DNA of 64,000 bases from sequence record MZ475897.1; one strand, given 5' to 3'. The notes under the pieces were generated by a model, which was given only the letters and a program-made list of their open reading frames with translations, searched no databases and was not told where the DNA came from. Positions 9,648 to 19,501 of this stretch are shown here, one piece after another; position 1 is the first letter of the stretch, and every line of letters begins with the position of its first letter. The position numbers and the translations under genes were made by a program.

Positions 9648-11324
9648 TTACAGACTCAGACTGGTGGAGGTGCTGCCTGATGGGTTGATGTTGAAACGAT
9701 AGATCAAACGCTTAGTGGTACGCGTCGGGTCAAGAACAATATCCAGAATCAGGTCGCCGTTAGCGATTGTCTGATTGGTGTTGTTCGTTTCGTCACACAC
9801 AACTTGATAGCCACGAGAACCAGAGCTACCACCACGCAAGCCACGAGCCAGTTTGATCTCTTCGAGGAACTTCTCGACCATCGCTTTGAGCTGCTCACGC
9901 AACACGTTATCGTTGGGATCAAACAGGCCAGTACGCGCTGAACGAGAACACACTTCAAGCACATAGCCAACCATACGCTGAATCTGAATCTGCTGGAATG
10001 CAGAACTCTGATTGTACAGCGTACTTGCCTCCCACACTGCAAAGCCACCGCCACTAATGTCAGGCAGTTTGCGGATGTAGTTGACCTGCTCACGGGTCAG
10101 CGCATCTCGGTCGTCCTGATCATACTTCTGAGTAAGAGCAAGAATGTTCAGTGGACTTGATGCAGTGATACCAGCAGGTGCGAACCAGCTACCGCGATTG
10201 TTATCCGTGTACGCGAACACAGCACAGATCTGACCAACACAAGCCACCAGCAAGTAGCGACCAGTGTCTTCGTCAAAGATCTTAATATCAGGCGTATACA
10301 GTGCCATGTTTGTATCGTTCAGGTTCAGCGTCTGACGGCGATAACGAATCGCTTTGGATACTGACTGCTCGGCAGTAGGAACACCACAGATAACAAAGCA
10401 GTTGATGTGGGCAGCAGCGGCAGCTTTCATGCCACGGTGCACGATGTAGTCCTGAATAGGGCTAAGCAGCAACGTAACACGAATCTCTTCAGGGTCACCG
10501 AAGTAATCCTGATAAGCAGCAGCCAGTTGGTCGGAGGTAACAGTATCACCGTCAGCACCACCTTTGAAGAAGATGAAGTCTGAGCCGAAGAAACTGATAT
10601 CCGTAGTGAAGTACGGGTTACGGATGAAACGATAGTTGGAGCTTTCGTTTTCCATAACTGTATCAAGGCGGTACTGACGATCAAACTCATCTGAGTAATC
10701 GTACAGGCTTGCCTGATAGCTGTTTACAGGGTTAGACCCGTTGATGTAGTTCTCGTACTCGTCGATGTAGAACAGTTTGCTGTTATACTTCGTACGGTCG
10801 TCAAACGCAGACAGGCCTTTAGGCACGGCAGAACGAATCTGGAGCGCCATGTTGTTGTTCCAGTCACCTGGGTTTTCCAGACAGATGTAGCCGATGATGT
10901 TATCATTCAGCGGGTCAGTCGGCAGGAAGCCCAATTGAGCTGGGTCGTCAACGCCAACAACGTTACCGTCTGCGTCAGTGTATGGAGTTACACGAACAAC
11001 AGGCTGCAATGCAGTTGGGTCGTCAACAGTCAGCACACCAACAGCATACTTGGCGTTCTTAGTGATACGCACATAGGTAAGCTGGTTGGTTTGCTCTGAA
11101 ACAGGAAGAGCCAGATACAGGCCTAGACCGTATTTTGGATCTTTGGAACCGAAAGTGTTTTTCAACACGTCTTTACTGCGAACAGAAACACGCTGGTTAA
11201 CAGGGCCACGAGAAGCCTGTCCAACGATGCCTACTACTGCTGTAGATAAAGACGTTGCACCAACGGAGAGATCCTTGACACCAGTGTAGACACCAGCAGA
11301 GGGATGCGTTGAGTTAACGGGCAT
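9648..11324 (-). CDS. Contractile tail sheath protein
   Basis: 558 aa; N-terminal P.AGVY...KDLS and VGIVGQASRGPVN; C-terminal WFAPAG, VNYIR, VCDETNNT...IANG.L..DI.L.PTR, all typical of phage sheath proteins. Confidence 0.92.
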   Translation of the reverse strand: MPVNSTHPSAGVYTGVKDLSVGATSLSTAVVGIVGQASRGPVNQRVSVRSKDVLKNTFGSKDPKYGLGLYLALPVSEQTNQLTYVRITKNAKYAVGVLTVDDPTALQPVVRVTPYTDADGNVVGVDDPAQLGFLPTDPLNDNIIGYICLENPGDWNNNMALQIRSAVPKGLSAFDDRTKYNSKLFYIDEYENYINGSNPVNSYQASLYDYSDEFDRQYRLDTVMENESSNYRFIRNPYFTTDISFFGSDFIFFKGGADGDTVTSDQLAAAYQDYFGDPEEIRVTLLLSPIQDYIVHRGMKAAAAAHINCFVICGVPTAEQSVSKAIRYRRQTLNLNDTNMALYTPDIKIFDEDTGRYLLVACVGQICAVFAYTDNNRGSWFAPAGITASSPLNILALTQKYDQDDRDALTREQVNYIRKLPDISGGGFAVWEASTLYNQSSAFQQIQIQRMVGYVLEVCSRSARTGLFDPNDNVLREQLKAMVEKFLEEIKLARGLRGGSSGSRGYQVVCDETNNTNQTIANGDLILDIVLDPTRTTKRLIYRFNINPSGSTSTSLSL

Positions 11325-11349
11325 GATTTATCTCCTTTTAAGACTGGTA

Positions 11350-11357
11350 GAAATTAT
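11350..11357 (-). promoter_or_regulatory. Motif B (putative late promoter) ATAATTTC
   Basis: 26 nt upstream of the sheath start. Confidence 0.5.
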
Positions 11358-11378
11358 CGTCAATTAGGAGATAAATGC

Positions 11379-11404
11379 AAAAAGGGCAGCCGAAGCCACC
11401 CTTT
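11379..11404 (-). terminator. Rho-independent terminator with cUUCGg loop
   Basis: AGGGTGGC-TTCG-GCTGCCCT-TTTT after the DHH gene. Confidence 0.85.
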
Positions 11405-11407
11405 AGG

Positions 11408-12487
11408 TTAACATGCACAGCTTGCTTGTTCGTGATCGAATTTAACACTCAGATCAATATTCGGATAAGCAGCCACAAACTCTTCCAGACTTACATTAAA
11501 GCCTGCGGCATTCGCATGACCATCACCGCCGTGCAAACGCGCCGTATGTTTCGCAGAACCTGACTCAGCACCAGTTTTGAAATAACCACTACGCACTGAA
11601 ATATACACACGGTCTTTGTTCTCACCGCCGAGACGCGGCATGATAACTGTGTGGAAGCGATTGTGGTTTTCATAGACGTAGGCAGCGAGTTGAGAACCGA
11701 TACCACGACCAGCAGGAACAACAACGTGAGGTCCGTGACAGATTTCGTTAGCTTCTGAGAAGAACGCGTGTTCATTCAAATGCTCTTGGAACTTCTGCTC
11801 ACGGTTTTCAGCGCGTTGCTGGCCACGAGTAATGATCTGCTCAATGTCACCGTGGACCAGAACATCGATAGCACGTTCAACAGTGCTTGGCGTGCTCACA
11901 TACAACACACCGTGCGGTTCCACCTTCTTAAATGTTTCCGGCGCGTGACCGTCGTAGAAGAAGAACGCACGTTTGTTCTGGCGCTGCCACGTATCGTAAT
12001 CAGACACCAACTGAGCCATGCGAATGACGTTGTTAGCGCTACGACCAGACAGCGACTGGAAGCGAGAGATATGATGGAAGTAGGCAAGCAGTGCACCACT
12101 ACCACCAGCAGTGAACGTAAGCTGTAGAGGCTGTGCACCAATGCGGCGACACTCTTCGGCATACAGTTCATGCGAACGGCAGTTGTGGTGATCGAGCACA
12201 ACAAAGTTGGCTTGATAGCGCTGCGTCAACACAGCCATCTGGCGTTCGGTCAATGAGAAGTCAACGATGATGATCTCTTTATACAGAGCATCAACGTCTT
12301 TGTCTGATTGTCGAACTCCTACCATGTCTTCGATAGCAGTACCATCAGCAAGAGCAATAGGTGCATTGTCTTTTGCGTAATGGGCAGGCAGGTAATGGAT
12401 GTCGTCAGTCGAACGCGCTAGTGCGGTGATGGCTGCTGCGAAAGAACCATCCGCACATCCTTGATGATAAATCACAAGTGTAGTCAT
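11408..12487 (-). CDS. DHH/DHHA1-family phosphoesterase
   Basis: 359 aa; YHQGCADG, IIIVDFS, VLDHH and C-terminal HGGDGHANAAGF motifs. Confidence 0.85.
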   Translation of the reverse strand: MTTLVIYHQGCADGSFAAAITALARSTDDIHYLPAHYAKDNAPIALADGTAIEDMVGVRQSDKDVDALYKEIIIVDFSLTERQMAVLTQRYQANFVVLDHHNCRSHELYAEECRRIGAQPLQLTFTAGGSGALLAYFHHISRFQSLSGRSANNVIRMAQLVSDYDTWQRQNKRAFFFYDGHAPETFKKVEPHGVLYVSTPSTVERAIDVLVHGDIEQIITRGQQRAENREQKFQEHLNEHAFFSEANEICHGPHVVVPAGRGIGSQLAAYVYENHNRFHTVIMPRLGGENKDRVYISVRSGYFKTGAESGSAKHTARLHGGDGHANAAGFNVSLEEFVAAYPNIDLSVKFDHEQASCAC

Positions 12488-12490
12488 TGC

Positions 12491-13336
12491 TTATGCCCAA
12501 TGAGTAAAGGAAGATTGTTCAGGCGGGTTGGTGATTTTGTTCACCATTTCCTGAAGGCCCGCAATTGTTGCGTCTAAGCCCATCTGGTACTGCTTATGTG
12601 CAGTATCAAGACCGTAACGTAATGCCACACAATACAACTGCCATTCGTCAGAGGACTGGAGCATGGCAATCTTTTTGCGGTAAGCATCACGCTTCTGGCG
12701 AGCACGCAACAGACGCTGCATCAAATTAAGATTTGAGACAATTCCAGTCAGCTTCTCTAACAACTGCTCCAGACCTTCGAGGTCATCTACCATCAACTTG
12801 AGTTTGGCTTCAAGGAAGATAGCCTGACGCTCATGCTTCTGGTCTATGGAAAGATTACGGCACTTATCTGGATGCGTCAGCTTAGCGATCTTGCGATAGA
12901 CCTGCTTGCATTTGATTTGCAGTAAGGTCGCTTCGACTTCACCCGCATTCATACCATCTCTGGTAGCTTCGTCGTCCTCTTCTACGACAAAGTTTTCTTC
13001 CATCTCTTTGCGCAGTTCTTCCGCAGCCAGCTTGTCTTCCAGATCATCTGATTCATCCAGATTGATTTGGTGCGCTTCGAGGATAGCAGTCAGACGGTTT
13101 ACTTCCGCGATACGATCACGGTTAAACTCGTTCAGCTTGTTGATGCAGTTCGTGCAGCGGTCGCGGTCGGCAGTGAAGCGAAGTTCAAGAGCATCGGCTT
13201 CGGCCTTGACGTCTTCGAGAGTTTCGTCAGCTTCTGCCTGTTCGAATGCATGTTGATCTTCGTACTCTGCCAGCTCAGTAGAACCGTGAACAATCAGGCC
13301 GTGTTCAGCCACAACAACCAGTTCAGTTCCTGTCAT
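12491..13336 (-). CDS. J-domain (DnaJ-like) coiled-coil protein
   Basis: Start reassigned to 13336 (ATGA overlap with the upstream stop, GGAG RBS); internal KQVYRKIAKLTHPDKC with intact HPD motif, flanked by coiled coils. Confidence 0.75.
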   Translation of the reverse strand: MTGTELVVVAEHGLIVHGSTELAEYEDQHAFEQAEADETLEDVKAEADALELRFTADRDRCTNCINKLNEFNRDRIAEVNRLTAILEAHQINLDESDDLEDKLAAEELRKEMEENFVVEEDDEATRDGMNAGEVEATLLQIKCKQVYRKIAKLTHPDKCRNLSIDQKHERQAIFLEAKLKLMVDDLEGLEQLLEKLTGIVSNLNLMQRLLRARQKRDAYRKKIAMLQSSDEWQLYCVALRYGLDTAHKQYQMGLDATIAGLQEMVNKITNPPEQSSFTHWA

Positions 13337-13527
13337 GGGCGAGTAAGCTCCGAGATAGGTTTGGCTAAGAGTTCTGTAATGCGTGCCGGGCACTCAGGGT
13401 TGCGCTTTAAGTTCTTGTGCAACCACTGCAAGTTACCGCCTGACGCAGATACTTCGCTACGGAACGCAGGAAGTTTCAGTACAGCGCCGTGCTTGTTCAG
13501 CAACGCATTCAGTTCTTTCAGTAACAT
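13333..13527 (-). CDS. Small hypothetical protein
   Basis: 64 aa; AGGA RBS; ATGA coupling to the next gene. Confidence 0.7.
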   Translation of the reverse strand: MLLKELNALLNKHGAVLKLPAFRSEVSASGGNLQWLHKNLKRNPECPARITELLAKPISELTRP

Positions 13528-13536
13528 CGTTTATCC

Positions 13537-14169
13537 TTAAAGAGATGAGGTCATTAAATCGAGAAGGTTTGAGACTACATGAGCAGGTCCGATTGAGATA
13601 CCCGCTTGCACAGGCAGATGAACACGACGAGTAAACAACTCCATCGGGTCAGGACCACCGCCAGTCACTACGATACGAGGTATCTTTGGAAACATCTCAA
13701 GGATATCACGCAGTCTTTCAATCTTATAGCTGGTGCTGTCTATCGTCACGTTCGATATGATCAGCATTGACGGTCGCTTGCTTTTGAGTTGTTCATAGTC
13801 GAAGCGATCACCATACAGCGTAACCCAACGCGGCTTCAAGGCTGTTGTCTCTGAATCTTCAACAGCCGCATGGAAGATAGATAACGCTGCCATCTTTGCA
13901 CGGTAGTCTGACGGGAAGCTACTGATAACCGTGATGCGTGGGTCAAGGCCAAACGGACTTTCAATCATCTTTGCAAGATGCGTCATCTGCTTGGTCTTTG
14001 AAAAAATCTTGCCTTTAAAGTAAGGCGACATTGGCTTAAAGTCTTGTGAGGCTTCGACCACATCGAATGTCTCACGTTTGCCGAAAAGAAGCTGAGGGTC
14101 AACTCCCAGCGTCTGCATCTGCTTTGCTACTGCGGGTTCAAAGTCAAAAGTTAACACAATACCCTCCAT
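13537..14169 (-). CDS. Hypothetical protein; possibly a degenerate DnaC/IstB-like AAA+ fold
   Basis: Start reassigned to ATG 14169 (MEGIVLTF); the order ITVISSFPSDYRAKMAAL / SMLIISNV / LRDILE..PKIPRIVVT parallels Walker A, Walker B and sensor segments but lacks GKT and DD. Confidence 0.4.
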   Translation of the reverse strand: MEGIVLTFDFEPAVAKQMQTLGVDPQLLFGKRETFDVVEASQDFKPMSPYFKGKIFSKTKQMTHLAKMIESPFGLDPRITVISSFPSDYRAKMAALSIFHAAVEDSETTALKPRWVTLYGDRFDYEQLKSKRPSMLIISNVTIDSTSYKIERLRDILEMFPKIPRIVVTGGGPDPMELFTRRVHLPVQAGISIGPAHVVSNLLDLMTSSL

Positions 14170-14182
14170 TGTTCTTATCGGG

Positions 14183-14191
14183 TATTTACAG
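14183..14191 (-). promoter_or_regulatory. Motif A (putative early/middle promoter) CTGTAAATA
   Basis: Exact motif 14 nt upstream of the 14169 start. Confidence 0.55.
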
Positions 14192-14542
14192 TTTCTGCGG
14201 CACACGCTGCCACACGGCGAACTTAACATTCAAGGCGCATTCTTCGAGTTCGGCCTCACGTCTAGGCTCATACTTAGGTGCATACTGTTGAAGGTGCTCA
14301 GGACGCTCTACGGCTGCAAGACTGAATACACGTATTGGGTTCGTCACCTGAGAGTACGAATAGTCTTCAATGATAACAAGATTTTCGATTCGGAGAACAC
14401 CAGGAACTTCAAACACTTCAGGCAAGGTGCAGGGTTCGATTACTGTCCCCATAACCTTTTCTTGGTAGTCAACAAGTGCCTTAATTAAAGCGCGACCAAC
14501 ACTAGTAGACAGTGTAAGATTATACTCTGTACGGAATTCCAT
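14186..14542 (-). CDS. Hypothetical protein
   Basis: 118 aa; GAGGAG RBS. Confidence 0.7.
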   Translation of the reverse strand: MEFRTEYNLTLSTSVGRALIKALVDYQEKVMGTVIEPCTLPEVFEVPGVLRIENLVIIEDYSYSQVTNPIRVFSLAAVERPEHLQQYAPKYEPRREAELEECALNVKFAVWQRVPQKL

Positions 14543-14558
14543 GGTGTTCTCCTCAGTA

Positions 14559-14939
14559 TTACATCAGCGCCAGAGTCGGGTCGACGTAGGTGTATTGAAA
14601 CACTACGTTCCAGCCCGATGGCGTGTTTCTGTTTGGGTGATAGCGATAGCCATACACCATGATAATGCCCTTCACTTTGTCTGGGTCTTCGAGAGTAGGA
14701 TTGTACTCAACGTAAGACGGTTCCAGTTTGAGTGCGTCAGCGATATTGATTGCCCAGTCGTCTAAGTCGTAAGGACTATCAGGCACTGGCCATGAATACG
14801 AATACTTAGGCCAGTGCTCAGCCTGCATATCAGTATCTTTTGAAATCCAATCCAGATGGCGGTAACCCATACGAAGGGCGACAGCATGAATCAGGCCTCG
14901 GTTGTTCATGTAGCTTTGAAGCTGCTTGACAGTAAGCAT
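14559..14939 (-). CDS. Hypothetical protein
   Basis: 126 aa; GGAG RBS. Confidence 0.7.
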   Translation of the reverse strand: MLTVKQLQSYMNNRGLIHAVALRMGYRHLDWISKDTDMQAEHWPKYSYSWPVPDSPYDLDDWAINIADALKLEPSYVEYNPTLEDPDKVKGIIMVYGYRYHPNRNTPSGWNVVFQYTYVDPTLALM

Positions 14940-14957
14940 GGAAGTTCTCCATCAGGT

Positions 14958-14985
14958 AAAAGACAACAGGCACCGAAGTGCCTGT
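14958..14985 (-). terminator. Probable terminator with cUUCGg loop
   Basis: ACAGGCAC-TTCG-GTGCCTGT perfect 8-bp stem followed by TGTCTTTT. Confidence 0.65.
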
Positions 14986-15010
14986 CAGAATCTCAGCGAG
15001 ATGGCTTAAA

Positions 15011-15481
15011 TTACTTACTAAGTCCGCGCAGCAGGATAGTTGCTGTTTTAACGAATTGCTTGCGCTTATCGTCAGGCAGTTTGGCATATTCACGCAGCAG
15101 GTCCTGCACTTCTTTTTCGTTCCCGACGTAACTATCAACACCACGATCACCTTCGATACCGTCAATGCCTTTCAGCACATTGGTCTTGGTGACACGCATC
15201 TTGAAGGTAGCGCGAACGACTTCACAGGCACGCGTTCTATCATTGACGGTGCTGATAGTGGAAATGTCGTAGATCGCCTGAACAGAAAAGCCTTCAGGGT
15301 AAGCAGCGAACACTTCTGCCAGATCGATATGCGCCATGTTATCAGGAGCTGGTATTTTAGCTTCCATACTAACAGTAAACGTCTCACCGTCTTCGGTACT
15401 GTTGTTACCATCAAAGGCGATTTTACCATTCTGTCGCATCGTGTATGCAATCAGTTGATACAGTGGATCAACTAAACTCAT
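15011..15481 (-). CDS. Hypothetical protein
   Basis: 156 aa; coupled to the helicase stop. Confidence 0.7.
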   Translation of the reverse strand: MSLVDPLYQLIAYTMRQNGKIAFDGNNSTEDGETFTVSMEAKIPAPDNMAHIDLAEVFAAYPEGFSVQAIYDISTISTVNDRTRACEVVRATFKMRVTKTNVLKGIDGIEGDRGVDSYVGNEKEVQDLLREYAKLPDDKRKQFVKTATILLRGLSK

Positions 15482-17082
15482 CAGAATCTCCTCATGCCCA
15501 AGTTGGACGGCTGTCCTTTAACAGGGGCTTCTGGTTCAAAGAAGTCAGGCAGTTCAGCATCGAGCGCTTCTCCTCTCGATATGACTCCCATCCAGTTACG
15601 CAGTTTCTTTGGTGTGCGCTTGGCTTTCGCATAACCAAACTTCCAACAGAACTTCAACACACCTCGCGCGAAGCCCATCGACTTCTCCATCTTAGGATCG
15701 ATGAAGACACGAATCACAGGCGTGCGCTTGTTATCCATCGGCGTCAGAATACGACACGACTCCTGCTTCCAGTTCGGTTCGTTATTCATCGGCATGATGT
15801 AGTACAACGTATCCCAACGAGGAACGTTCAGGCCGCGCTGCATCAGCTTACGCATACCTACCACACAACGAATCTTACCCGCACGCGCATCATCGATAAT
15901 CGGCTTACGGCGTTTCGCTTCTTTAGCTCCGCCTAAGAATACAGCCGCCACTTCTTCCATGTAGTGTTCGTTGATACGCTGCACAAGCCGTCGTGCCTGA
16001 TCGGTAAAGTTGATTGGGATTGCAAGTGAGCGACCGGCATCAAGATCTCGAATAATCCACTCAAAGATCTTATCGTTACGATCAGGGTGGTTGGCAAGGA
16101 ACTTACAGAAGTTCGTCCAACCTGCTTTGCCTGTGAACTTGTTGTTGCTCTGCACCTTCTTCGACGTTTTATGAATCGTCACTTTAGGTACAAGCTCCTC
16201 AACAAACGCTTCTGCAATCACAGGACCGAAGATTGATTCAATCAGATAGTGACGACCGTCTTTACGCTTCGGCGTTGCTGTCAAACCAAATCGATACTTC
16301 ATTTTAAGAGACGCCAGCACACGGCTGTAACAGCTTGCGTTACCAGCATGGCACTCATCGACAAACAACGTACCGTAGTTCTCGTTCAACAACTTGAGTC
16401 GCTTCTTCGAGTTCTTACTGTCGCTAATCAATGACTGATAGGTCACCAGAATGATCTGGAAGTTCTTATAGTCATCGAGTGTCTTTGGAAAGCCATACAA
16501 CTTCTTGCCGTACTTTTCTTCAAGCTCAGGCAAGTTCGTCATCTGCTGGATAGTCTCTAAGAAACCATCAAGGAAGTCTTTCTGGTCAGCCATGATAACT
16601 GTACGGAAACCCGAATGACATGCACCCGCAGTACCGATAACAGTCTTACCAGAACGTGGAGGTGCTTTGAAAACACCACACAGTTCATCGAACATATCCG
16701 CGAACGGTTGCTCTTGGTACTCACGCAGCTTGCCTGTGAACTTCACTTTATAATCGTACGGCACACGACTCGTACCGTTAACGAACTTCACCTCGCTCAG
16801 ACTAAGACCAGCAGTCTTTTCGAAGCGGTGCATCTCACCGTACGGGATCGAAACGTAGCGCTTACCCTTAATCTCAGAGTATTTGGCAAGGACGGTAATA
16901 TCAATCAGACCTCCACGAGAACACGAACGGCATTCTTCTGATGGTCTGATTGAACGAAACTCACAGCCCTTACACGCAGCATTATCGAACTCGTAGTGAG
17001 TCATCTTCTTTATGATGTTATCGGCATCAACAGCCTTAACAGGAATGTGCAGACGACTATCGACCAGTACTTTTGCGGTCAC
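15481..17082 (-). CDS. Superfamily 2 DNA helicase (UvsW/XPB-like) with N-terminal Cys4 motif
   Basis: 533 aa; Walker A APPRSGKT, DECH, TATP, RGLNVP, Q..RI; CKGC...CRSC near the N-terminus. Confidence 0.9.
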   Translation of the reverse strand: MTAKVLVDSRLHIPVKAVDADNIIKKMTHYEFDNAACKGCEFRSIRPSEECRSCSRGGLIDITVLAKYSEIKGKRYVSIPYGEMHRFEKTAGLSLSEVKFVNGTSRVPYDYKVKFTGKLREYQEQPFADMFDELCGVFKAPPRSGKTVIGTAGACHSGFRTVIMADQKDFLDGFLETIQQMTNLPELEEKYGKKLYGFPKTLDDYKNFQIILVTYQSLISDSKNSKKRLKLLNENYGTLFVDECHAGNASCYSRVLASLKMKYRFGLTATPKRKDGRHYLIESIFGPVIAEAFVEELVPKVTIHKTSKKVQSNNKFTGKAGWTNFCKFLANHPDRNDKIFEWIIRDLDAGRSLAIPINFTDQARRLVQRINEHYMEEVAAVFLGGAKEAKRRKPIIDDARAGKIRCVVGMRKLMQRGLNVPRWDTLYYIMPMNNEPNWKQESCRILTPMDNKRTPVIRVFIDPKMEKSMGFARGVLKFCWKFGYAKAKRTPKKLRNWMGVISRGEALDAELPDFFEPEAPVKGQPSNLGMRRF

Positions 17083-17084
17083 AT

Positions 17085-17630
17085 CTATTTCCTTGAGTTC
17101 GGTAGACCGTACTCACGCTGATTGATGATGTTCAGAGTATCGACAAGCGCACGATAAGCAAACCCGCACTTGTCAATGTCCTTGATATAGAGGTCAAGCT
17201 CTGCGACCACCGTTTCGAGATTATCAGCGTAGCGGTAATATTCCACCATTACGTTTCTGACACAGCGCTCACGTTCTTTCGCAGCACCTACGGCTTTCAA
17301 GTCTTTGGCATACGTAACCGAAGCATAATCTTGAAAACGTTCCAGCATATCATTTAACAGTTTTGAGGCTGAATGAATGGTGGTCAGTATCTCGGTCATG
17401 CGGCTACGATAAGCCTGGTCTTGAATTATCGACTCAGCCACTTTGCTTAGCGCGTTAGTATCAGAGATATTCAACGTTCTGATCTTACGCATCTTAAACA
17501 GTTTGCGGGCTTCTTCTTGGTACTCAGCCAGAGGCAACTGGAACAAGTCGTTGGTTTTGAAAATGTCGCGGACTTTTTTGTAGCGCTTATCGTCCTTAAT
17601 CTTTAGGCGAATGCGTTTTAGATCGTCCAT
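17085..17630 (-). CDS. Hypothetical helical protein
   Basis: About 181 aa from ATG 17630; lies between the helicase and clamp-like genes. Confidence 0.7.
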   Translation of the reverse strand: MDDLKRIRLKIKDDKRYKKVRDIFKTNDLFQLPLAEYQEEARKLFKMRKIRTLNISDTNALSKVAESIIQDQAYRSRMTEILTTIHSASKLLNDMLERFQDYASVTYAKDLKAVGAAKERERCVRNVMVEYYRYADNLETVVAELDLYIKDIDKCGFAYRALVDTLNIINQREYGLPNSRK

Positions 17631-18064
17631 CAATCACCTTTATCAGTAACGAGCAGCGGACTTTCAGGCGTCTTGTGTGGCATAGCAAAGAAGCTGCCGT
17701 GATCATCACGATACACAAGCAGACCACCAGACGGACCTTCAGTCGGGCATGTGAAGTTAAACAAACGTTCAAGCGGAGGCATGTAGCCAACAGACACAGC
17801 ATTGAACGTACACCACTTGGCAGATACTTCAATCAGTGAGCCGACAACTGTCTCAGCGAGACGCAGATACGATTGACGGAAGTGATAGCTGTGCTCGATT
17901 GGAGACGCGCTATCAATCACTAACTCATTGCCGTACACTGCTTTATAAATCAGGCAGAAGCGACGGCGACCACGAGGTGCATTCGGTATTTCATACAGCA
18001 CATCATGTATGATGGAAGAAACGTCCCCAACAAGAACGTTTCTTTTGACAGCAAGGCTGATCAT
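17630..18064 (-). CDS. Hypothetical protein
   Basis: 144 aa; translationally coupled on both sides. Confidence 0.65.
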   Translation of the reverse strand: MISLAVKRNVLVGDVSSIIHDVLYEIPNAPRGRRRFCLIYKAVYGNELVIDSASPIEHSYHFRQSYLRLAETVVGSLIEVSAKWCTFNAVSVGYMPPLERLFNFTCPTEGPSGGLLVYRDDHGSFFAMPHKTPESPLLVTDKGD

Positions 18065-19239
18065 TGAGGCAGATAACCGAAGTACAACAGGCTGTGCGTG
18101 TCGAACTTGTAGTTAAGGCTGAACGCCGTTAACTTGTTGATGTTCGCACCGTGGAAACCCATCGAATGTTTTTCTTCACGCCCGATAGACTTCAACAGCT
18201 CACGCATGATACGCAGATCGAGATGTGCGCTCAGTTCACGCTCAACAGGCTTGGCCAGTGACATACTGTCCTGCACGTTACCTGCGTCAGTACCAAACTT
18301 GAACTTGATCTCTTTCTTCTTCAAGATGATCTTCGCACTGGTGTTACCCTTCTTCTCAATCAACGTCGAGATGTTGGTGAACGGAGCAGACAGGTCACCT
18401 TTAACAACAACGCCAATCAACGGCTTGCCGAGTTGCACCAACATGTTATCCATGTAACGGTAATCTTCATCACTTGCCTGAATCGGAGGCAGCGTCAAAA
18501 CGAATGAATCAGACTCGGCGGCAAACGAACTACTGTCAACGTGGAACGTTACCTTCTCTTCACCGCAGAAGCGATAAACGAGGTCGAACATCGCACCTGT
18601 CAGACTGAAACGGAACGGTTCTGCTTTCTTTTTCAGATCGCAGGTATAACGAGAAGACGTCCAGTGACCCGGACTTTGAATCTTCATCGATTTACCATCA
18701 CACACAACACGACAGATAATGGTCTGGTTAGTGATCGTATCTTTCATGCTAGTCAGACGCACACCCTGAGTCATTGCGTCGATTACTTCACGCGACATAG
18801 GATGCCCGCCAGAGATGTGGTGCTTGAGACCCTGCTCAACCATAGGGATCTGTTCGTCAGACAGCGGACGGATTTTGAAATCAGCTTTGTACTTACCGTT
18901 CTGCTCTGCGATAGCAACTTGCTTACCGTCAAACGTCAAGGTCAATTCTTTACGCTTGGTGATCAGACCGTTCAGACTGTTCGGGTCGATGTTAAACACC
19001 GTATCAGTGTCAGCAGTTGCGCCAGGTACCTGATAAGCAACGAACGTATCAGGCGTACGGCCCAGAACGAAAACATCCGACTTGTAGGTTACGATCAGAT
19101 GGATGTGCGTCAGCTTATCATCTGATTCAGAGAAACGAGTAACGCTATCAACACGCTTTAAAATGTCAGACAACAACGTGCCTGTAAGCGTAATGTTGCA
19201 GGACTTTGATGGTTTTTTAGGAAGTCGGCAGGTCTTCAT
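18061..19239 (-). CDS. Putative sliding clamp (DNA polymerase III beta-like)
   Basis: 392 aa, the size of a three-domain beta clamp; alternating beta/alpha pattern resembling DnaN (e.g. VFNIDPNSLNGLITKRKELTLTFDGKQVAI..F.I.PLSDEQIP); near the polymerase, with a DnaX-like gene in the same window. Confidence 0.6.
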   Translation of the reverse strand: MKTCRLPKKPSKSCNITLTGTLLSDILKRVDSVTRFSESDDKLTHIHLIVTYKSDVFVLGRTPDTFVAYQVPGATADTDTVFNIDPNSLNGLITKRKELTLTFDGKQVAIAEQNGKYKADFKIRPLSDEQIPMVEQGLKHHISGGHPMSREVIDAMTQGVRLTSMKDTITNQTIICRVVCDGKSMKIQSPGHWTSSRYTCDLKKKAEPFRFSLTGAMFDLVYRFCGEEKVTFHVDSSSFAAESDSFVLTLPPIQASDEDYRYMDNMLVQLGKPLIGVVVKGDLSAPFTNISTLIEKKGNTSAKIILKKKEIKFKFGTDAGNVQDSMSLAKPVERELSAHLDLRIMRELLKSIGREEKHSMGFHGANINKLTAFSLNYKFDTHSLLYFGYLPQ

Positions 19240-19501
19240 TTTTGTCCTCTAAAACAAATTGGAGAATACCCTCAATGTTTACAGCTTTCAGTTGCTGTCC
19301 TGTCTGCATCAACAGACCATTGAGCACGCCGAGTAAATCAGCGCTGTGGCAATTGGGTGCAATCTGATGAACGAAAATATCGTCAGGGATATCACCAGGA
19401 TTAAGCTGCCAAGCGGTACGCAAGGCAGCTCCCATGAATGACGGTCGTTCCACCAGTTGCTTGTTCAGGAAAGAACAAACATCTTCGGCGCTCAACATCA
19501 T
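19217..19501 (-). CDS. Small hypothetical protein
   Basis: 94 aa; overlaps the polymerase stop by 4 nt. Confidence 0.6.
   Translation of the reverse strand: MMLSAEDVCSFLNKQLVERPSFMGAALRTAWQLNPGDIPDDIFVHQIAPNCHSADLLGVLNGLLMQTGQQLKAVNIEGILQFVLEDKNEDLPTS
19276..19284 (-). promoter_or_regulatory. Motif A variant CTGTAAACA
   Basis: 37 nt upstream of the clamp-like gene start. Confidence 0.4.

Noticed and set aside
10722-10730. Motif A variant (CTGTAAACA) inside the sheath gene
   Set aside because: Far from any start codon; most likely a chance match
17085-17630. UvsY-like recombination mediator, suggested by adjacency to a UvsW-like helicase
   Set aside because: Only position and helical character support it; no sequence motif was recognised
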